Assembly: GCA_965202625.1 (NCBI GenBank) | Contig: CBDBBI010000010.1 | Coordinates: forward strand, 1,632,001 to 1,696,000 | Length of the DNA: 64,000 nt | From: a bacterium | Lineage (GTDB): Bacteria; UBA8248 | Direction of reading: 5' to 3' | Part shown: positions 57,555 through 64,000 of the stretch, one piece after another | Numbering within the stretch: the stretch's first letter is position 1 | Layout: each line of letters begins with the position of its first letter | Translations under genes and position numbers: made by a program | The notes under the pieces: model-generated | The model's input: only the letters and a program-made list of their open reading frames with translations | Database searches by the model: none | What the model was told of the DNA's origin: nothing

Positions 57555-58586
57555 ATGGTCGATCCCCTGAGAGTGGCTGTGGTCGGGCTGGGACGCTGGG
57601 GCAACACTTTGGCGTCTCAAATCATCAAAACGCCCGGAATGGAAATCGCCACGTGCTTCACGAGAACGCCCGAGAAGCGTCGGGCGTTCAGCCAGAAATT
57701 CTCATGCGGCGCGGAGGAGAGCTACGAGGCGGTGCTCAACGACCCAAGCGTGGACGCCGTGGTCATCTCTGCACCCAACAACCGCCACGCGGAGCTCGCC
57801 GTTGCGGCGGCGGCGCGTGGAAAGCACGTGTTCGTCGACAAGCCCATCGCCGCCTCCATACCGGACGCGAAGAAAATGATCCGCGCCTGCGAGGATGGGG
57901 GTGTCACCCTCGCCGTGGGCGCGAGCTCGAGAAGACTCAAAGGCCATCGCCTTTTCAAAAAACTGCTGGATGAAGGCATCGTCGGAACCTTGGCGATGGC
58001 CGAGACCAACTACTCGAACGATCGGGGGCTTCACTACACGCCGGAGAACTGGCAATGGTACGCGGATGGCTCCCCCGGCGGCCCCCTGCTCCAGGTGGCC
58101 ATCCACCAAGTGGACAACCTTTTGTATCTATACGGGCCGATCAAGCGCGCGTCGGCAGCGTTCTGCAAATTGAAGACAAAATCGGAGATACCCGACGTGA
58201 GCGTCGTCTGGTTCGAATTCGAATCGGGCCTGCTCGGCACCTTGGGGACGAGCTTCATCAGCCCGCGCACGCCGAATGGACGATACACCTATTTCATGAA
58301 CGCCTATGGGGATGAGGCGAACCTCTACCACGACAGATGGGAGGGAATAAAAATCCTAAAAAAAGACGGCGAGAAGCGCGAGGAAATTCCCTACGAGGAA
58401 TATCCTGGACACGATTACCTCGCCGAGGAATTCGAAGATTTCCTCGGCGCCGTTCGAGACAAGCGCCCACCTGAGGTCGGCGGCCCTGAGGGGCTTCACG
58501 TTCTTGGCGCCGTGTGGGCGGCCATGCGTTCATGGGAGCGGGGTGCGACCGTAGAGGTGGCAGAAGTGCTTGAGGAAGACGACTAG
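57555..58586 (+). CDS. Gfo/Idh/MocA-family oxidoreductase
   Basis: VVGLGRWG, GKHVFVDKP, GGPLLQ.AIH.VD. Confidence 0.92.
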   Translation: MVDPLRVAVVGLGRWGNTLASQIIKTPGMEIATCFTRTPEKRRAFSQKFSCGAEESYEAVLNDPSVDAVVISAPNNRHAELAVAAAARGKHVFVDKPIAASIPDAKKMIRACEDGGVTLAVGASSRRLKGHRLFKKLLDEGIVGTLAMAETNYSNDRGLHYTPENWQWYADGSPGGPLLQVAIHQVDNLLYLYGPIKRASAAFCKLKTKSEIPDVSVVWFEFESGLLGTLGTSFISPRTPNGRYTYFMNAYGDEANLYHDRWEGIKILKKDGEKREEIPYEEYPGHDYLAEEFEDFLGAVRDKRPPEVGGPEGLHVLGAVWAAMRSWERGATVEVAEVLEEDD

Positions 58587-58642
58587 ACGCGAACGGCTAA
58601 GGCGGGGGCGGCCCGTCCCATTATTCCGAAGGAAGGAGACTC

Positions 58643-59920
58643 ATGTACGACTACCGGATGACAGATGTGCAAAAAGAATATCAAAGAATCGCGCATGAAT
58701 TCGCGCGGGATGAGATCAGGCCCATAAGCCTGGCACTCGACCATGAGGAAGACCCGTTCAAATGCGCCTATATGCCCCACCTTCTCGAGAAGCTCGACAA
58801 ATGCGGTCTGAGAACGATGAGCATACCCGAGGAATACGGCGGCGGCGGCGTCAATGACCTCCTCACGCACTGCATCGTGGGCGAGGAGATATCTTGGGGG
58901 GATAGAGGGGCCACGGGGTTTATGCTCTCCTCCACAAAGATATCCCACATCCTGACGAGCGAGCTTCTGGGGGACCCGGAGCTGGCGGACTACTGGATGC
59001 GGGAGTACGTGAACGACCCCACGTTCCTCATCGGCACGGCGACGACGGAGCCCGCCTCCGGCTCGGAGAATCAGATTCCCTACAATGGGGCGGACGGCGG
59101 ATATCAGACCACCGCCGCGCTTGAGGGCGACAACTACATCGTCAACGGAAAAAAACATTTCATCTCCAACGTGGGCTGGGCGCGCCTCATGTTCACGTTC
59201 GTTCGCACGAACCCCGACGTGGGCGTCGAGCAGGGCGCCTCCCTCCTCATGGTACCCATGGACGCCCCCGGCGTTCGGATGGGCAAGGTGCACAACAAGA
59301 TGGGCTATCGCCTGAACCAGAACGCCGAGATCATCTTCGATAACGCAGTGATTCCCACGAAATACCGCCTCGGCCCGGAGAACTGCGGCGTTTCGTACAT
59401 CAGACGCCACCTGCGCGGCGACGCCCTCATCAACGCGGCGGGCCAGATCGGCGTGGCGCGCGCCGCCTACGAGAAGTCGCTGGAATTCGCGCAAAGCCGT
59501 ATCCAAAGCGGACGTCCCATCGCCGAGCACCAGTCAATCGGCTTCAAACTCGTGGACATGTACACCAAAATTCAAGCGGCGCGCGCCTACGTCCATCACG
59601 CGGCATGGCGTCAGGACATGCGCCATGAAATTCCGATCGACCCGCCCATGACTCTCTCCGCCAGCGCGTTCGCTCATGAGATATCCTGCGACGTCACAAA
59701 GATGGCGATGGAAATACACGCGGGCGTAGGCGTGCAGCGCGAAAACTTCCTGGAGAAATGGTTTCGGGACACGCACAACATGCTTTTCTCCAGCGACGGG
59801 GGCAACAACATGAAGAAGGTGCGGGCGATGTACGCCATCACCGGCCAGTGGGGGGCACGGAGCGAGGAGGAGAATCCGGTGCCCGGCGGCGCGTACGTCT
59901 CCGCCGGGGACGGCCTCTAG
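58643..59920 (+). CDS. Acyl-CoA dehydrogenase-fold flavoprotein
   Basis: IPEEYGGGG, TEPASGS, NGKKHFISN, KMGYR, RIQSGRPI..HQ, IHAG.G. Confidence 0.9.
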   Translation: MYDYRMTDVQKEYQRIAHEFARDEIRPISLALDHEEDPFKCAYMPHLLEKLDKCGLRTMSIPEEYGGGGVNDLLTHCIVGEEISWGDRGATGFMLSSTKISHILTSELLGDPELADYWMREYVNDPTFLIGTATTEPASGSENQIPYNGADGGYQTTAALEGDNYIVNGKKHFISNVGWARLMFTFVRTNPDVGVEQGASLLMVPMDAPGVRMGKVHNKMGYRLNQNAEIIFDNAVIPTKYRLGPENCGVSYIRRHLRGDALINAAGQIGVARAAYEKSLEFAQSRIQSGRPIAEHQSIGFKLVDMYTKIQAARAYVHHAAWRQDMRHEIPIDPPMTLSASAFAHEISCDVTKMAMEIHAGVGVQRENFLEKWFRDTHNMLFSSDGGNNMKKVRAMYAITGQWGARSEEENPVPGGAYVSAGDGL

Positions 59921-59951
59921 GCTTCCCGCCTAGGACAAAGGAGGAAAAAGC

Positions 59952-60353
59952 ATGGCCGCGCGAACCCATCACGTTCACCATGTCGCCAAGGACCCGCAGG
60001 CGGCGGCGGAATTCTACGTCAACCACTTCGGCGGAGAGCTGTTCACGCCTGAGATTGAATACCGGGGTTCTCCCTATATCAGCGTGATGCTCGGAGAAGT
60101 GGAGATTCGCATTCGTGGGCTAAGACCCGATGAGGACGACGCGACGGCGCAAGTAGGGCGCGGCCTCCACCATTTCGGGATTCAGGTGGAAAAACTTGAT
60201 GTGTTCGCCGAGCGTCTGGAGAAAGCAGGCGTCGTCTTCACCAAAAAACCGGGAGAGGGCGTTCTCGGCTCGAGAACGGCCTTCATCAAGGCGCCCGACA
60301 ACGTCCTGATAGAACTGGTAGAGGAACACCAGGAAGGGGGTATAGGGGATTGA
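59952..60353 (+). CDS. VOC/glyoxalase-family protein
   Basis: HHVHH..D..AA.FY..FG, GLHHFG, AFIKAPDNVLIELVE. Confidence 0.9.
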   Translation: MAARTHHVHHVAKDPQAAAEFYVNHFGGELFTPEIEYRGSPYISVMLGEVEIRIRGLRPDEDDATAQVGRGLHHFGIQVEKLDVFAERLEKAGVVFTKKPGEGVLGSRTAFIKAPDNVLIELVEEHQEGGIGD

Positions 60354-60545
60354 ACGAGGATTCGTTCCATCCATCGCAACTCTCACCATACGCCGCGCGA
60401 GAACGGAATGGAAGCGTGGGGAACGTGGCGTCTCTCCGCAAATATGCAGGCGCGACAATCTCTCCACGCCATCACATAGACGGAGACAAATCAAATGAAC
60501 GCGCAGCGAATTTCGCGCCCTATGCGTGGAGCGTCGTCATAAAGG
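60350..60545 (+). pseudogene. Decayed HNH endonuclease
   Basis: Across frameshifts: WKRGERGV (degenerate CxxC), HHIDGDKSNE..AN, RALCVERRH. Confidence 0.7.
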
Positions 60546-60642
60546 ACCATCGCGCTCCTTATCGCCAAAGGACTGAAGAAAGTTCGAGAAACATAAAAAG
60601 ACAAGTCGTTCATTCGCCCCTCGCATAGAGGAGAGAAGCCTG

Positions 60643-61863
60643 ATGCCAGGATTCGCACGTGGCCAGTTTATCGCCGACTACGAAGAGCGCGTCGATGTGA
60701 GCACACTTCGCCAAAAGCGCGTGGAGAAGGCGCAAAAAGCGATGGCCGAGGCGGGCGTCGACGCCCTATTCCTCTGGAAGGTGGAAAACGTGCGCTACCT
60801 CGCGAGCATGCGCTCCTCTTTCCTCGCGCACCGAGAAGGAACGAGAAACGCCGTCATCCTCTCCAGAGAGGGCAAGGCCCACGTCATGACGAACGGCGGG
60901 GAGATACCCCGCGTCTCGCGTGACATGCCCTGGATAGAAAAATTTCATCACCTCGCGAAGATGGAAGAGCAGCCGCTCGTGGACAAGATGGTGCGCGAGA
61001 CGCTGCGCCCCTTGTTCGAGGAAATGGACCTCATCGGAAAGAAAGTGGGGCTTGATCTGATGACGTTCATCCAGTTCAGCGCCTACCAGAGGTTTCTGGA
61101 CGATGTGGAGTTCGTGAACGGGGATTCATTCATGCACAAGGTGCGCCGGCACAAGATGCCGGAGGAAGTCTATATGATTCGAGAGGCGTGCGCGATCGCC
61201 GACGCAGTGAACGAGGAGGCCATGAGCAGCGTGCGAGCGGGAAAGCGCGAGTGCGACGTGGCCGCGGACGCGATGAAAGTCCTCCATCACTACGGAGGCG
61301 AAATGGCGCATCTCGTCTCCCCATTCGTCGCCTCGGGCGAGCACATGTCGCCGCCCTATCGCTTTGCGAGCGACAAAATCATCCGAAGCGGCGACCTTGT
61401 GTTCATCGACATCGGCGCGCAGTGGAACGGATACTTTGGGGACGTGGCCCGAACCACGATCTGTGGAAAACCATCCAGGCGGCAGAAGGAAATCTACACG
61501 GCCGTCCATGAGTCCCTCCAGTTGGGGCTAGAGCGCGCGCGGCCCGGCTACACGAACAAGCAGGTGGCCGAACGAATCTGGGAGACCGGCGAGAGGTATG
61601 GCCTGAGAAAAAACTGGTTCTCTCTGAGCATCGGCCACGCGGTGGGCACGTCACCCAACGAACCCCCCTACATCGGGGAGCCAGACCCGGACTCGGAGGA
61701 GGTCGCCCTGGAGCCGGGCATGGTGTTCGCCATCGAGCCGCTCATCTGGGTGCCGGACGTCACGGGAGGCGGCGGAGTGCGAATTGAGGAGACCGTGCTC
61801 ATCACGGAGGAGGGCAATGAGGTGTTGACGCGATCCCGTATGGAGGAGCGCCTGCTTCTTTGA
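60643..61863 (+). CDS. Xaa-Pro peptidase-family (M24B) metallopeptidase
   Basis: All five ligands present: FIDIG, YFGDVART, GHAVG, AIEP, GVRIEE. Confidence 0.92.
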   Translation: MPGFARGQFIADYEERVDVSTLRQKRVEKAQKAMAEAGVDALFLWKVENVRYLASMRSSFLAHREGTRNAVILSREGKAHVMTNGGEIPRVSRDMPWIEKFHHLAKMEEQPLVDKMVRETLRPLFEEMDLIGKKVGLDLMTFIQFSAYQRFLDDVEFVNGDSFMHKVRRHKMPEEVYMIREACAIADAVNEEAMSSVRAGKRECDVAADAMKVLHHYGGEMAHLVSPFVASGEHMSPPYRFASDKIIRSGDLVFIDIGAQWNGYFGDVARTTICGKPSRRQKEIYTAVHESLQLGLERARPGYTNKQVAERIWETGERYGLRKNWFSLSIGHAVGTSPNEPPYIGEPDPDSEEVALEPGMVFAIEPLIWVPDVTGGGGVRIEETVLITEEGNEVLTRSRMEERLLL

Positions 61864-62194
61864 GGCGCGGCAGCGGCGTATGCAGACGCAGACGAGTCGG
61901 CGGGAAGCGCCGGAAAACGTCCAGAAGCGCAAAAACGAAACCATGCCCTCCGCTTGACCCACATGGCCCTTTAGCGGGTTTATCGCGTCCGGCAAATTTC
62001 GCTAGCGGCCACCGCCGCGTATATGCTAGAAAGGAATTCCGCCTGAAAACGTGAGAGGACAGAGAGATTTCCACGGGGCGGAAAGCGACTACCTGTCCCG
62101 GGGCGGGAGCTTACCTGGAGAGGAACACGCTGCGCCGCTCGAGCACAGACAGGGTGACGCCGCCCAACGCCTGAGAAATGGACGCACCCTGAGA

Positions 62195-63721
62195 ATGTGC
62201 CAGACGAATCCGTTTCAGACCAGAAAAAGCGGCATATTGCTTCACCCTACCTCGTTACCAAGCACGACGGGCTTTGGCGATCTGGGTCCCAAGGCGTTCG
62301 AGTTCGTTGAGCAACTCAAAGCTTCCGGCCAAACCTGGTGGCAAACCCTTCCTGTATGCCCCACGGACGAGACGGGCTGCCCTTACGTGTCTCCATCCAC
62401 GTTCGCGGGAAACCCGTTGCTCATATCGCTCGACCAACTCGCAGAGGAAGGTCTCCTCTCGCGAAAGAATTTTTTGAGATATCTCCGCGCGCCGCGGGCT
62501 GGGAAACTCCAACCCGCCGAGGCGACGAAAGCGCGTGAACCGCTGCTCAGGCAGGCGTTCCGTGCGTTCTCGCTCGACGGCGGAGCGGACGACGCCGCGT
62601 ATCAGAACTTCTGTGCAGCGCAAGCGGATTGGCTCGCCGACTACGCGAGGTTCTCCGCCCTCAAGCGCGCCCTCGGCGGCTCTCCTTGGTGGACGTGGCC
62701 GGAGAACACGAAACATCAGGATCCGGATGATCCGGCGTTTCGCGAGAACGTTCGCTACGCGCATTTCGAACAGTTCGTTTTTCATCGACAGTGGCACGCG
62801 CTCAAGGACTTCGCTGCCCAAAACAGGGTGGGACTCATCGGCGATGTCCCGATCTACGTCGCCCATGATTCGGCGGACGTATGGGCGCGGACGAATCTGT
62901 TCGAACTGGATGAATCCCGCCAGCCGAGCGCCTTCGCCGGCGCGCCGCCGGATTATTTCAACCGAGAAGGTCAGCACTGGGGAAATCCCCTCTACGACTG
63001 GGCGACGCACCGAGAAGAGGATTTCGCTTGGTGGAAGATGCGCCTGTCCCTGAACGTTTCGCGATTCGACGCTCTGCGTCTCGATCATTTCATCGGTTTC
63101 GCGCGCTTCTGGGCAATTCCGGCCGCCGAATCGCCCGTGCAGGGTGCCTGGCGCGAGGGGCCCGGCGAGGCATTCTTCAGTGCACTGGAGGCGAAGTTCG
63201 GCGCACTGCCCCTCATCGCCGAGGACTTGGGGACGATGGACGAGGGCGTCCACGCCCTGCGAAATCGGTTCGCTCTCCCCAGCATGCGCGTCTTGCAGTT
63301 CGCCTTCGACGGCAGCCCGGACAACCCCCACCTTCCCCACAACATTCCGCAGAACGCAGTGGTCTATACCGGAACGCACGACAACGACACCGTCCAAGGC
63401 TGGTTTCACGGTGCGGACCCGATTCTCCACAACGAATCGCCCGCCGGCTTCGTCATCTCGCGCGCTACGGCGCTCAGAACCTTCGGGGGCGAGCCGGAGG
63501 ACATCCACTGGTCGATGATCCGCGCAGCGCTGAAATCGCGGGCCGCGATCGCCATCACGCCCGCACAAGACGTCCTCGGCCTGGGCAACGAAGCCCGCAT
63601 GAATCGTCCCGGCATCATGGAGGGCAACTGGAGCTGGCAAATGGATGAGGACGCGTGGAACGAGGCGATTCAGGAGAGGCTTCTGGACATGACGCGGCAT
63701 AGCGGGCGCCTGCCCGCATAA
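62195..63721 (+). CDS. malQ: 4-alpha-glucanotransferase (amylomaltase, GH77)
   Basis: SGILLHPTSLP, GDVPIYV..DSADVW, GAPPDYF..GQHWGNP, RLDHF, IAEDLG, YTGTHDNDT, RMNRPG..GNW.W. Confidence 0.95.
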   Translation: MCQTNPFQTRKSGILLHPTSLPSTTGFGDLGPKAFEFVEQLKASGQTWWQTLPVCPTDETGCPYVSPSTFAGNPLLISLDQLAEEGLLSRKNFLRYLRAPRAGKLQPAEATKAREPLLRQAFRAFSLDGGADDAAYQNFCAAQADWLADYARFSALKRALGGSPWWTWPENTKHQDPDDPAFRENVRYAHFEQFVFHRQWHALKDFAAQNRVGLIGDVPIYVAHDSADVWARTNLFELDESRQPSAFAGAPPDYFNREGQHWGNPLYDWATHREEDFAWWKMRLSLNVSRFDALRLDHFIGFARFWAIPAAESPVQGAWREGPGEAFFSALEAKFGALPLIAEDLGTMDEGVHALRNRFALPSMRVLQFAFDGSPDNPHLPHNIPQNAVVYTGTHDNDTVQGWFHGADPILHNESPAGFVISRATALRTFGGEPEDIHWSMIRAALKSRAAIAITPAQDVLGLGNEARMNRPGIMEGNWSWQMDEDAWNEAIQERLLDMTRHSGRLPA

Positions 63722-63779
63722 GAACATTCCGGCACGCTCCATGATCTCTATGATTCTAACGGCGGAAAGCACACGTCAT

Positions 63780-64000
63780 TTACGAATCCGACCAACCACC
63801 TTTTAGCTGCTCAACAAACGCGACGGCCTCCTGGGCCTCGACGATATCGATGTGAGGTTTTAATGCAACGATTTTGGCGGGAATATCGACAGCGTCAAGT
63901 TCTGTATTGTTTTTAGAAACGTAATGCGCCGTGGCGTATCTTTCCAACTTCCTCACACCCATACTGGCAAGTTCAGCCGCCATTTTCTCCACTTTGTCGA
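63780..64000 (-). CDS. 3' part of a lower-GC hypothetical protein (start outside the window)
   Basis: Frame is open to the window edge; contains LERYATAHYV...KPHI; visibly AT-richer than neighbouring genes. Confidence 0.6.
   Translation of the reverse strand, partial: DKVEKMAAELASMGVRKLERYATAHYVSKNNTELDAVDIPAKIVALKPHIDIVEAQEAVAFVEQLKGGWSDS

Noticed and set aside
1-64000. CRISPR arrays, tandem repeat arrays, rRNA, prophage or IS elements
   Set aside because: No regularly spaced repeats or diagnostic genes seen by manual reading; short or degenerate repeats could have been missed.

Overview
GC-rich bacterial chromosome segment, densely coding. I found no rRNA, CRISPR array, integrase or transposase. 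In order: molybdenum/tungsten-cofactor genes (partial moaA, moeA-PBP fusion, moeA), tatA, a class-V aminotransferase, an acyl-CoA module (CoA-transferase III, acyl-CoA dehydrogenase, MaoC), a decayed sugar-nucleotide locus (broken rfbG-like fragment, GT2, rfbF), rpmG/rpmB, an amidohydrolase-AmrB(MEMO)-cyclodeaminase run, addB/addA, several catabolic enzymes including a fused double 3-hydroxyacyl-CoA dehydrogenase, a ~1750-aa DUF4011-type helicase-nuclease (Hhe-like defence candidate), tRNA-Sec (selC), a liv-type ABC transporter, a ~14 kb divergent GntR-flanked catabolic/uptake locus, and malQ. The strongest lead is a CapA/PGA_cap-family metallophosphoesterase with an in-frame TGA immediately after its metal-binding SNH motif (ASNH*MDYG), followed by a possible SECIS-like hairpin and lying 7 kb from tRNA-Sec. 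It is a candidate unrecognised selenoprotein, but the same gene also carries a homopolymer frameshift, so decay is a live alternative. Several gene remnants not obvious from the ORF track were also found (HNH nuclease, rfbG-like, UTRA-like, a membrane protein). All family calls come from motif recognition by eye; no database searches were run.
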